Assembly: GCA_029953675.1 (NCBI GenBank)
Contig: JAMWBK010000004.1
Location: 1,364,001 to 1,428,000, forward strand
Source of the DNA: Rhodosorus marinus CCMP1338
Taxonomy: Eukaryota > Plantae > Rhodophyta
Reading direction: 5' to 3'
DNA: 64,000 nt
Shown: piece after piece, positions 37,605 to 48,329 of the stretch
Layout of the letters: the number at the start of each line of letters is the position of its first letter
How positions within the stretch are numbered: position 1 is the first letter of the stretch
The notes under the pieces: generated by a model
What the model was told of the DNA's origin: nothing
Database searches by the model: none
Seen by the model: only the letters and a program-made list of their open reading frames with translations
Program-made: the position numbers and the translations under genes

Positions 37605-40184
37605 TCAGCATTTCACGGATTTGGGAACGAACACGCTAATTCTCGCATTTCGGTATTCGGCGACGTAAATATTCCCATCATCGTCTTGAGCAATGCTGAG
37701 GGGGTTGTTCATTTCCTCTCCTCCAGTTGACTTCGTGCTCCTCCTGAGCGTCTCGTCAAAGACCACCTTGGTTCCCGCATTGTTCAGCTTGAAACGTTTG
37801 ATTTGATCTCCAACGGAGTAGTAGGCCACCAGAAGATCGCCCTTCATCGCTCCGCAGAACGCGTTGCCACGGTAGGCTATGATACCGTTCGCGGATTTGC
37901 TAAGTCCAAGGGGTAGAAGGGGTTCCTTGTACGGAAACAGTCCTTTCTCATTCCCCTGTGCTTGAGTCCCGACCGGGTAGCTCGTGATCTCAAAAGCGTA
38001 CGACCTCCGCTCGCTAGGGGGTCCGGCGAGTCGGGCGTCCACACCACGCGTAGGGTTCCCAGCATCTCTGATACACTCGTTACGTGAAGGATTGGAATGT
38101 CCATAGTACCTGCCCTTCCGCAGCTCCAACAGGACATCCGGTCGGTCCACAACAATGTACTTGCTCAGGTCATCGCTTCGTGTTATTGGCTCATTGCAGT
38201 CATCGCCAGGCTTCCAGCCTTTCGGGAGCTTGGGGTGGGTGGCTCGGCCACTCCCAACGGCGTTGTCCGTAGCATAAATTCTCCCGTTCGGATGGAAGTC
38301 GAAGTCCCAGATGTTGCGCAGTCCTGAGGCGAATACTTCGACGTCACAATTCGGCTTCGCCTTACTGGCCTTCCTTGTTTCATCAAGGTTACGCTCGGAC
38401 TGGTTTGGTGTACAGTTGCCCTTGAATCCTGCTCTCTGTACCGGTGCAATTAAGACCGCTGCCGAAAGCGGTTGCTCAGGATAGTAAAAGGCTCCGTACT
38501 GGAAGGCGGTCCCTCCTGCCCCAGTGTTCCCACCCTGGGCAATGAGCAGGCTACCGTTCTCCATGAACTTGATTTGGTTCGTTGCGTGGGCGGAGTCCGA
38601 AGTTGGTAATCCCCAAATTACGGTCTTCGCATTTTGGAAGTTGTTACCACAGAACCTTGAGATTGATCCCGAGTTGGCTTTTCTGTCGGCATTGTACGCC
38701 TTCGAATGCGAAACCCAGATACACTTCTGCCCCTTCGCCCAGTCTGGGTCTACTGTTATGCCGAGCGATAATCTGTCCTGCAAGGGTAGATTGTACTTCT
38801 TTCTCGATATAATTCTCTTTCTCTCTGCGTTAATTTTGAACTCCAGTACTGTGGACTGGGAAGTCAATACAAGCATCGTCTCGTCCGGTGTCCATACAAG
38901 TGAAACTGGCAGCGTCACGGGCAGATGGAATAGGTCGAAGTCGATTTCGGGTTCTCCTGGCGGCTTCGTCGGAGCCGGAGTTTCTTTCACCTCCATTCGT
39001 ACCACCTCAAAGTCGTCGACGACCCATTTCGCATTCTCATTGGATTTACCGGCCGATGTTACAAAGCCGCACAATGAACGTGTCTTCGTGTCTGGATCAA
39101 TGGTTGCCTGGTCCTTACTCACGATGAGTCCTTTCACGTTGGTAGTAACCACTTTCCTAAATCCACCATTTCCGAGAGCGTAGGAAGCCACCACCGTGTT
39201 CTTCTCGAAGGCGCTGATCATGAGTTGCAGTCTCATCTTCCTGTTTCCAGGGAGGCTACCGCTCAATTTGGACTGCTCTGACATAACAATCTTCCCATTC
39301 TCTTCTTTCTCGACCAAATATCGTAGACCATTGGGCTTCGATATCAAGCAAATTTGAACGTAGTCGTCGATTGTTGCGCCCAAGAACAAGCAAAGTCTTT
39401 CGTTATCGCCGCCCAGCCCCTTTGGAACTGCAAAGTCGATCCTCACTCTTAGCTTCCTGTTCGGTAGCGGCAATCCCACAGACAAGGGATTCGCCATCAT
39501 ATTGACCGACTTCCCTCCCCATGTCCCTGCTCTACTTGTCACAACCAACGCCCCGTTCCTGACAGTCAAATGTCGCCTCTGGTAAGAATCGCCCTTGTCG
39601 GCGGGTACATACGCAGTAAACCCAGTTCCTACTCCCGTACTATCCTTTAACCCTCCAGACTTCCCGTTGAAGTTCAAGTTGAAAGGGAGATCGACCATAA
39701 TATTCTTACAGTTTAGAGTCGAAATGCTTTTGCCCGGAAACTCTGAGGGCTTCGGAGTGCACCCGCCGCTGCCACCGCCGCTTGTGGCCGAGACATCGAA
39801 CACTTTCTTTACCCTGGAGATGGCATCAGACGTACTCCCGTTCGTTGGCCATAACTCCAACTGGACCTCCACTTGGTTTAGGTTTGCTATTTCAGTGGAA
39901 AGGGTAACTCTGAAGTTCACGCCTTTGTTTGTACCAGCAGGGACAGTTAGGAACCTAAAACCCCCAATGAGGTTTCCATTGTTCGTCCTCTTGAACTTCA
40001 ACACCAGCTGCCTCTGCCTGGTCGCTGTGTACACACAAGCAAAAGTCGCCTGTCGGCTATCCTTGTCGATTGTATCCCCTTGGGATTGTGCAAAACTGGC
40101 TCGCTCATTCTGCGCACTACCAAAGGAGATCAAGAACGTGCAAACCAGCACAACTCCCAGCCCCAATTTCACACCCGCCATCAT
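37605..40184 (-). CDS. Secreted paralogue (~859 aa): signal peptide, small N-terminal beta-sandwich, ConA/LamG-like sandwich, glucose/sorbosone dehydrogenase-like propeller; intronless
   Basis: Single open frame; the first ATG is at 40184 (the track start at 40241 is GTG). Signal MMAGVKLGLGVVLVCTFLISFGSA. Extensive collinear similarity to the 22747-27001 protein: CxPxPSEFxG..ISxLxC, ANSGxISR, CDVEVxASGLRN, YYGHxxPxRxECI, GLSxSxNGIIAYxGNxFCGxMKxDLLV and DETLRR. Confidence 0.9.
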   Translation of the reverse strand: MMAGVKLGLGVVLVCTFLISFGSAQNERASFAQSQGDTIDKDSRQATFACVYTATRQRQLVLKFKRTNNGNLIGGFRFLTVPAGTNKGVNFRVTLSTEIANLNQVEVQLELWPTNGSTSDAISRVKKVFDVSATSGGGSGGCTPKPSEFPGKSISTLNCKNIMVDLPFNLNFNGKSGGLKDSTGVGTGFTAYVPADKGDSYQRRHLTVRNGALVVTSRAGTWGGKSVNMMANPLSVGLPLPNRKLRVRIDFAVPKGLGGDNERLCLFLGATIDDYVQICLISKPNGLRYLVEKEENGKIVMSEQSKLSGSLPGNRKMRLQLMISAFEKNTVVASYALGNGGFRKVVTTNVKGLIVSKDQATIDPDTKTRSLCGFVTSAGKSNENAKWVVDDFEVVRMEVKETPAPTKPPGEPEIDFDLFHLPVTLPVSLVWTPDETMLVLTSQSTVLEFKINAERKRIISRKKYNLPLQDRLSLGITVDPDWAKGQKCIWVSHSKAYNADRKANSGSISRFCGNNFQNAKTVIWGLPTSDSAHATNQIKFMENGSLLIAQGGNTGAGGTAFQYGAFYYPEQPLSAAVLIAPVQRAGFKGNCTPNQSERNLDETRKASKAKPNCDVEVFASGLRNIWDFDFHPNGRIYATDNAVGSGRATHPKLPKGWKPGDDCNEPITRSDDLSKYIVVDRPDVLLELRKGRYYGHSNPSRNECIRDAGNPTRGVDARLAGPPSERRSYAFEITSYPVGTQAQGNEKGLFPYKEPLLPLGLSKSANGIIAYRGNAFCGAMKGDLLVAYYSVGDQIKRFKLNNAGTKVVFDETLRRSTKSTGGEEMNNPLSIAQDDDGNIYVAEYRNARISVFVPKSVKC

Positions 40185-43100
40185 CCTCAAGATCTCTCCA
40201 ATCTCCCCACCCACTCTCACAGGGAGGAATTCTATTCCCACACTAATCCAAAGTAGATATCTCCAACAACCCTAGCGGATACCCTACTCCGTGAGCAAAC
40301 TTTCCCAGGCATAAAGCCCTTTATATACCTGGCAATCCCACCATATTTGGCAGCTTGCGCTCTCTCCCTTTCCCCCCCCCCCTCCCTCTCTCTCTCTCTC
40401 TAGCTGTTAAGCGTTTCACGTCTATCAATCCATGATGGCTTCTGCCTATTTGACAACGAACTTTCACAACAAAACACCGAAAAGAATTTTTTTAAAATCA
40501 CAATTCCCACTCCCCCCCCCCCCTCCCCTTCTGCCTTCCCGAAGAAGACGGCATTTGGGAAGCAAAAAAAAGAGTCGAACGTCAGTGATTCCAAAAAAGA
40601 ATGGGCCCTCCTTTTTCAAAAAAAACAGGAGAGAATAAAAGAAATTTAAAATAAAGCTCGCGACAAGATTGATCCTTCTCAGCCATAAAATCAACAAGCT
40701 CTCCATTCTCTCTGACCGCCATCCTCCCCCCCCTCAAGCATATTTCCCTAATTCTGTGGAACTGGGGTATCTATATTAAGCCTTAGATTCCCAGAGTTTG
40801 AGGTGTGTCGGACGCTAATTTGTTACAAATTTTTGTATTATTAAATATAAAAGCGTAAAACAGTTCTATATTTAGTTTCTATTCCGAAATCGGTGTTGAT
40901 CGAGAATAAACATGCTAATCCTCTCCCCCACTTCCCCTCCCCCTCTTTTGCTTTTCGGTGATGGTCCGGTCGTGAACAATTTCTTCAGGTGTTCATTGCA
41001 CAAAACCGCTGTTTGACTTTAAAAAAAATGAAGACAATATTAAGGGACAGCTGTCGACTGGCGTTTGATGGGACAAATTTTTTTTGAGCGGAAGTTGGCT
41101 TTGTAGCCAATCATTATACACGCTTTTCAAGCAAATTCTGGTAGCGATAGGAAATCGGACAGAAATACACTTGGATACCACATCTTGCAGTATTTCGTCG
41201 TAGGCCGTTGCCGAGGAGTGGACGTTGTTTGTATTATCTAAGTAAATCTGTGCGAAGGCTCTTAGGGTGGATATTGAATGATAAAATAGAAACATCAATT
41301 GGTTTAGTTTTTGACATATTCACAGATCATGACTCCCTCCACGCAGAAAGTCCTTCTTCGTGATTGCGGTATAGATAAATTTGTAAGAAAGATCTCAGGG
41401 CTACCTTTTTTATGTATCTTTCAGCTTTTGAATACATCCCGTTTCCGCCTTGTGAAACCCCCCCTATCCGTAATCGCTTTGGGTTACTGCACGTCCAGAA
41501 ACAGTCCTTTTGGTACAGTCTTATCATATCTTGTTGAACATCCCTTCATATCAAATCCCCCCCCTCCGTCAAACTTCAAGAAGTTACTCGGCAATGACCT
41601 TCAATAAAAGATCCAAAAAAACGGATTATTCTTTTAATTATTAAATAAAAGTCGAGATATATGAAATCCTTATAAACTTCGAAATCTCAACCGATGATAG
41701 AAAAACTACAAAAATCCAATTGTTTCTAACAGAAGCCGTATTCCTCCCTTATCCTCAATAATTTATCAACTTTTCTTTCTCAACGAGATTTTGTTCCCAA
41801 AGTGAACAGACCCCAACTAAGAAGCGAGTGGAAAGAGGAGGGGCACAGCCGCGAGCACAAATGTTTGTAATGAGGGTTTTATTTTCTAAAAACATTAACA
41901 GCTCCAGAAAAATGTCAATCTACCCCCTATTTTTTCAACGTGAATTGTTTTCTGATAATTTTTTTATAAAATAAGCAGATAATCCAATCAAAGTTTGGAT
42001 ATTTAGGATTTATTTTTATAGTGAAATAGAATTGCATTGTTTTTGTTTTTTGAACTTTTTAGATAGATGAGGAGATTTCTTTTCTAAATGTGTCTTTTTC
42101 GGGTTGGGATGACTTGTGAATTTGTTAATTGTTTGTCAAAGAAGGGGACACGGAGGGAGGAGTGGAAGTGCGGGAACAAGGCGATGAGGGAAGGATCTGT
42201 GTGACGGGCAGGGAGAGTTGAGAGTGAAACTTGATGATCTAAAGCATTACTGTTAGTGGTGGATGTTAAAAGATGTAATTCGCTGTGTTCGATATGAGAG
42301 AGACTGTGTGTCTGTGTGTAATTTTGAATTTTTTCGGTTTTGTTCCGAGTTTGAGTAAGAAAAAATAGTCAGCTTCCGACCGTGTTTGTTTGTTAGAAGG
42401 AACGTAGGGCTGTAGAGGAAAGTTTTGACATCCACTGCACACATCTGGAACGGATAAGTGCACTTTGCTTGCTTTTCATGGTGATACGAATAGGTTTCAC
42501 AATTCATGTTTGAATGGCGTGTGGCTCCTCCTTTTTTTGAAGAGGGTTTGATCGCTGAGTTGGTTGTGTTGGATAATTTAGGTCGCTTTGATACTATCTA
42601 TTGGGTGAGGTGTAGACTATAACGGGAGCTCCTTTAGGACTTCGTGCTCGGAAACAATTGCCACATCCGGTGCTTTAGGGCTGCATAATTTGTCCTCATG
42701 AAGGGGACATTTGCGCTACGCAATTGCCTCTCAGGGTCTCCGCGTTAAATTAGAGGCATATGTTTAACGGCTTTTTGGTCAGTTTTATCAACGAGGCTAT
42801 CTGTCAGGAGTTCCTCCATTTCAAGCAGTTTCACAAGTGAGACTCAATTTTCGGAAGAGGAGAGGGGCCTTGCGGTTACTTGCTTAATTCGCGAGAGTGA
42901 TTCCTTATTCACGTGAATTCAACCTTCGTCAACAGGTCGCTTCTTCGACCACGCTAAGAGACTAAAACGATGAAGTGGCAGCAGCCATCCGTTGTCGCCT
43001 GGCCGCCACGGAGCTCGAAACGGAAACCGCAATGAATCGTCATAGGCAGCGACTTACTTCACGAAGAAAGGTTTTTGAATCTGATGGCTTTGGACTGTCA

Positions 43101-43282
43101 GTTACTGCTTTGGCTGCGGCAAGACCAAAGTAGAACCCGAGAAGAAACCGTCCATGAACTTCCCGCCCGCTGAGCTGAACCAGCTCTTGCCCAACTTGAG
43201 CTTTGTCAAAGACGACCAGGAACTCAGTCTGCGCGCAAGAATCTTGACACGGAAGGGACAGGGCAAACTTCAAAGTAGGTCC

Positions 43283-43564
43283 TCAATCCTTCGCGTTGAG
43301 TCGAAATCTTATAGGACCCCTTGCATCCTGATCAGTAGACAAAATGTTTCCTCTCTGGGTGATCAAGATCTCGCCCTCTTCAGCAAGACGCCTACCCGCG
43401 CTTCTCACAAGTTCCATCATACCCCGCCACTCATTGCCTTTCGCCAACGCCCGAGCTACCTCAGAGGGACAGAGTGTCTTCTCAGGTCCTCGTTGCTGAA
43501 CCATGAATAGAATCATCTCCCGCACATCTTCTTCTGCGTTCGAGGAATGATCAGCCTTCTCCAT
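43283..43564 (-). CDS. DUF3253 family small protein (93 aa)
   Basis: ILFMVQQRGPEKTLCPSEVARAL...EWRGMMELVRSAGRRLAEEGEILITQRG...RGPIRFRL matches the DUF3253 pattern. Confidence 0.85.
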   Translation of the reverse strand: MEKADHSSNAEEDVREMILFMVQQRGPEKTLCPSEVARALAKGNEWRGMMELVRSAGRRLAEEGEILITQRGNILSTDQDARGPIRFRLNAKD

Positions 43565-43627
43565 TACCGGCCTCGCTATCGACGTAAACCCAAAACGCCT
43601 TTAGCAAGCCAGGCTGGTGAGCACGCA

Positions 43628-43822
43628 ATGGCAACACGTGCGCGAAGAGCAAGATCAACAACGAACAAAAAGAAAAGAACTACCAAGCCACAACAAGTAA
43701 GAGTTGCTTCGCTAAAAAGAATTCTTCCCCATGGAAGAGGAAACTACTTGTTGAGTCTGAAGGAAGGGAAGCCACTCTTGGAAAAGGAAGCCAACGAGAT
43801 CACTGCAGCCGTGGTTGAGTGA
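43628..43822 (+). CDS. Short basic ORF (64 aa): uORF, microprotein or extra first exon of STN1
   Basis: MATRARRARSTTNKKKRTTK...LKRILPHGRGNYLLSLKEGKPLLEKEANEITAAVVE. It fills the gap between DUF3253 and STN1. Confidence 0.35.
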   Translation: MATRARRARSTTNKKKRTTKPQQVRVASLKRILPHGRGNYLLSLKEGKPLLEKEANEITAAVVE

Positions 43823-43883
43823 CAAGCAAGAAGAAGCAACTAGGAACGCTTTCTGTGAATGAAATGGTTGTACCAGGATACCA

Positions 43884-45184
43884 ATGGATAATCAAGGAGG
43901 AGACAGCCTCCTTTGGGGTCTTGACGACCTTTTCTATTGTCACGTGAAGCTACTGGCTGAGGACGTTCATTCCCTTTTAATGCCCTGTGAAGTCCAGTCA
44001 GTCGCACTCCTTCCCCCCGAGAACCGCCCTGTCCAGTTCGTGAAGTGCACTGGTAGAGTGGTATCGATCTTTAGGTTGGGCAAGGTAAGGCGCTTGTAAA
44101 CTCCAAGAATAAAACAGACTTCGAGGGCTTCAAAGCTGAACCAGGAAATACCCTTTCCAACATCTTTCCATAGAGATTTATCATTCGTATTGACGACACT
44201 ACTGGCGTTATCGAATGTGACGTTTGGGAACAAGACGAAAGCAAGGTAAGGATTACCAAAGACAACGACGATAGGTCAGGACTAGGTCAAAAATGACCGT
44301 TAAGCGCGAGTCTCCGTCTCCTTCATAAGGTCATAGGGCGTCAACGTTTAGTCCTTGGCTGTCTTGTGGTAATCTTCGGGAGGGTAAGGTGGTACAAGTC
44401 GCAGCTTCACATCCGGTTGACTAGCTTGGAAGTTTGCAATGACCCGAACGCGGAAGTGCTTTGGTGGATTGAGACTCGTGAGCTGAGGAACAGCGTTTAC
44501 TCCAGTCCAGCTGATCTTCTTCAACATGGGCATGGTGCGGACAAGCGCAGTGGCGAATCGCAGCAGGCGGAGGTTATCTCAAGCCTTGATAAAACGGCTT
44601 TGCAGCTACTCAAGTACATACGAAGGATGGCCAGAACGGATCCGAAGGGAGCGAACTGGAACCAGATTATAGGCGATAAGGAGCTGGCTTTTGGCTGCGG
44701 TCGGTTTACAGCCGGCAGCAGCGAATTCGTCTTGAGAATGCAGGCCGCGCTTGCTCTACTTAGAATGGAAGGACTGGTGTTCTGCATGGACCAAGAGCCT
44801 CTTGTGAACGAGAACTTCTCAGCAATCTTTGATTCAGATCTGCACAGTGCAATCGTTCGCGTAATTCGCCAAAACTCACCGACGATCAACGAGAAAGACG
44901 AGGGTGAAAATGGACAGACAAAGGATGAGAACAGAATCGATGCAGACCGCAGCCTAGAGTTCAGAACCGCTCTGGAGTACTCAAGAAACCTCGTCGACGA
45001 GGAAGGAAATGCCAACCAGTATGGCGATACGAGCCAGAGTTTGATCATCGAGAAGCTCAGGGAAATGTTCAAAGGATCCAAGCTCAATATGGGACGAGTT
45101 CAGAATGCTTTGGAGTACCTACTTGAAGCTGGTGTAATATACGAGGTTAGACGTGGGTCGTATCGGTTGGTGGACAAGCGCTAA
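43884..45184 (+). CDS. STN1: CST complex subunit STN1 (OB fold + winged helix, ~375 aa)
   Basis: Exons 43884-44084, 44174-44245 and 44330-45184, all phase 0. OB-fold motifs VKCTGRVVS, IRIDDTTGVIECDVW, VIFGRVRWYKSQLHI and DPNAEVLWWIE; C-terminal LEYLLEAGVIYE is winged-helix-like. Confidence 0.8.
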
Positions 45185-45428
45185 AGTTGAAAACTGTCCC
45201 TCGTTCGAAGAACGCGCGAAAACCGGAGGGGTGGACGCAACTGGCGAATTCTGGACTGAACCTGGGTAGACGGTGATTCCCTAGGCCCGAGTGGATGCCC
45301 AATTGCTGTCTACAATGTCCTGCATTTCGTTCCCCTTGTGGAGGAGGAGTTTTGTAAACTTTTTCGCCTTTGTACATTCTGATTTGGGTCATAAATGTTG
45401 AAGAACCAAGGAACCAGACCAGGTACCC

Positions 45429-47001
45429 TCATTCGTCGCTGTCATCGTCGTCATATATATCGTACGCTTCATATTCCTCCACGTCTGCGCCTAGATGCTT
45501 GTCCAAGGAGGAGGACGCAGCAGCCGGACTCGTGCTGCTCGGTTCCTCAGGTGTTTCATCTGGCTTGGAGACAGGTTCCTTCGCTTGCTCGGAGGAATCC
45601 GGGCGACCTCGACCTACTGGATCTTCTGCGCTGAACTTGACCATAGGATCCTCCGTACTTCCAGCTAGCTCCTCCGCAAGTCGAGCTCTCAATCGCATCT
45701 TATCCATCATCGGCCTCCTCCTTCTCACCTTGGGAGCTTCCTCATACCCAACGGCTTTATACAATTCCTGCTTTATAGACCCGTAGACCTTCTCAAAACT
45801 CTCTCGTTCGAAGAATCCCCACTGACAAAACAACAGCAGGGAAAGAAAGACAGTCGACATTGTAAGAACTCTCTCCTGTAGCTCAAGATCACAGCTTGGC
45901 AGATCTCGGAGCTCATTAACCACGTACTCGATCACTTGATAATCTGGACCTAACATCAGCCTCTTCAACCGCTTTCTTCACAGAGGGTATGTCAACATCA
46001 CAGATCTGGAAACTTATCCTTCCTCTTCTTGCGACCGCTTCTTCTCCTAACAAGTTGAAGGTTTCGTCTCATTGAACACGACAAAACGATGAGAGAAGGA
46101 GAACTCTCTAAACTGTAGGATACTTACCAACAGCGACAAGCCGATGAGGTTTAAGAAACTTCTCACCCCATGAAGCAGCTACTTCACTCAGGGGGTGAAA
46201 CCTAAGCTCAATGGATTGATAGATCCTCGTTTCCGATGACTCTCTTGGATCATATCCGAGTCTTATCCAGACGTATCTGAAAGGTCCAGATCCCACGAAT
46301 CGATAAGCTACTGTTCTTAAAGCGGGAATCAGATCCTTATTCTCTATCGCCCCGATCTCGTGAGTTAGTCTCGATCTTGTCCACATGGGACGTTGTCCGA
46401 ACAACTCCTTTAGCCTTGTCATGCTTGATTCTGGTACGCCATCTCTATGGAAACCAGTTGTGGGGACATGTTCATCATCATAACGAGCGAAAGCGAATCC
46501 TTTTCGAACTGGATCGTCCTGAGGAGGCTTTAAGATTCCTCTAAGCGCGGTTTCCATTCTCGGCTTTTCGTATCGAGAAAGTTTTGCTGGTCTCACGGCG
46601 ACTAGATCCTCTTCGACGGGATCCAGAATTCGATTAGACAAGTCGATCTCGTTCCGAGCACCTCTATCGACGTATGTGAAGTCGCTTAGGTTGGAAAACT
46701 TGAGCGACTGGTTCACCGTCGCGAGGACCTCGCCGTTGTCGTCGGATAAAAGGTTGGAGACGACCTGAACATGGTTGGAAATAATCTCGCCGCTATGCCC
46801 ATCGCGTAGACGCAGCTTGAGGGTGCCAGAGCGTTCACTCATGATGTTTCTGAGTGCGTTCCAACCTCCCAGCGCCTTCACTGCGCCGCCGACAGCCCCA
46901 TCCTTCAGTTCGCCGGGGAATTCAACACAGAAAAGCTCGGGAAGCTTCTCCAAGCTCCGCTCAGGTGCTGCTTCCTCTTCGGTTGTTATCCGCTCATCCA
47001 T
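45429..47001 (-). CDS. GTF3C5: General transcription factor IIIC subunit 5 (tau95/Tfc1)
   Basis: Exons 47001-46128, 46046-45928 and 45821-45429 (an alternative in-frame acceptor exists at 45876). Motifs CVEFPG, LFGQRPMWTR, GPFRYVWIRLGYDPR, YQSIELR, FQICDV and an acidic C-terminus. Confidence 0.88.
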
Positions 47002-47089
47002 TTTTCTTCCGTGTTGGACATACCTCAATCGGCACTGACCCTTCAGCAGGAATCAGTCCGTCACCTCTCTTTCCGTCTGGCCATAGCAT

Positions 47090-47780
47090 CATCGGCTCGG
47101 TTCATCAGCCCATATCTCCTTCAGGAGACAACTCCTACCAATCCACACCGGGACAGTCGCAGGTACGTCATGGGCTGGTTGTAACCATTTTTCTTCGGAC
47201 GTTTTATGCTCCTTAAGCAAACAGTGTATTAATGAGCCCTCAGGGCGTTTTACCGGCGGTTGTTCCCCCCCCTTGCGCTCTCGTTCGATGTTGGGATGAT
47301 CCTTCGGCATGGCGCCTGTACGGGACAGCCGGGGGTGAAGTTCAGGGCCTGGTCCTATCCACTCTTTGTCAACGTTTTAAAGAGCTTCGTAGCTAGGAAG
47401 TAGAAACATGATATCTGAAGCGTTCTGAGCTATGATCTACTCTCTTTGTGCTCTGGTTCGACATTAGGCTTCGGCTCTGGCAACACCACCATAGGACACT
47501 GGGAGGTACCGTTGACGAGTCAGAGGCTTTGTCCTTGCACTGTACACGGCAGTTGCCTCCGGTAGGGGTTACGGATACGTCTATCCAGTTTCCTTCCGTT
47601 CTAGAGAAAGCCTGTGAGCTAAGCATTGGATCACTGAAAACTGAGGGCCCTGTCGTCGGTAGTCTTCGAGCGCTGTTCTATCCCACGCAAGCTCTGCTGC
47701 TCCTTATGAACAAGTTTCTCGACAGAATTTTTCGGGGCAGAGATGCTTCATTGCTGAACGACACCAACGGCGAAAGCTAG
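47090..47780 (+). CDS. Possible multi-exon hypothetical protein divergent from GTF3C5
   Basis: GC-rich open stretches (..WDDPSAWRLYGTAGGEVQG.. and ORF 47448-47780) with a strong donor cag|gtacgt at 47162. No family recognised. Confidence 0.25.
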
Positions 47781-48329
47781 AAACTTTAAGGTGACGCAGC
47801 CGGCGATTCCGCGCAGCTTTATTTCGTGAAGTTTTATCCGGTTGCTTTTCCAAAATTGAGAGGGTCCTCTACCGGGCTTGGTCCTCACGCCAGCTGATTC
47901 TGTAAACGAACTCCCTGATTCGTTTATGCGTAAGCGAGAGCTCCATCGTCGGCCGAAGATGGCTGCGACATTTTCAAAGGTGCCCAACAGAAGTACCCGG
48001 TGTCAAGCTAGCATGCTGAGTGAGTGTTAAAGTTTTCTGACAGCGCGTCTCGCACAGCTACAGAGTCATATTATTCCCCATCCGCTGAATGTCAAGATAC
48101 CCGAAAAGGGACCTGGGTGTTGTGCGGGGATGCTTGCAGGTTGATGAGAACGCGAGTTCTAAAAAGAACATAAATACGGTCATATTTTCATAACCTAGAA
48201 AATAGGACAAAAATTGGCTAAATTGAACTTTGAAACAAATGCTTGTTTAATTTTTTTAAAATAAATAAGTGAATGCTTCGTAAAAATAGTATGCTCAAAG
48301 TTGTTCAGCAATAACAAATTGTGTGGATA

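Noticed and set aside
43085-43510. Plus-strand frame with YCFGCG overlapping the DUF3253 3' end
   Set aside because: It has a single CxxC only, no clear start, and is largely antisense to a real gene.
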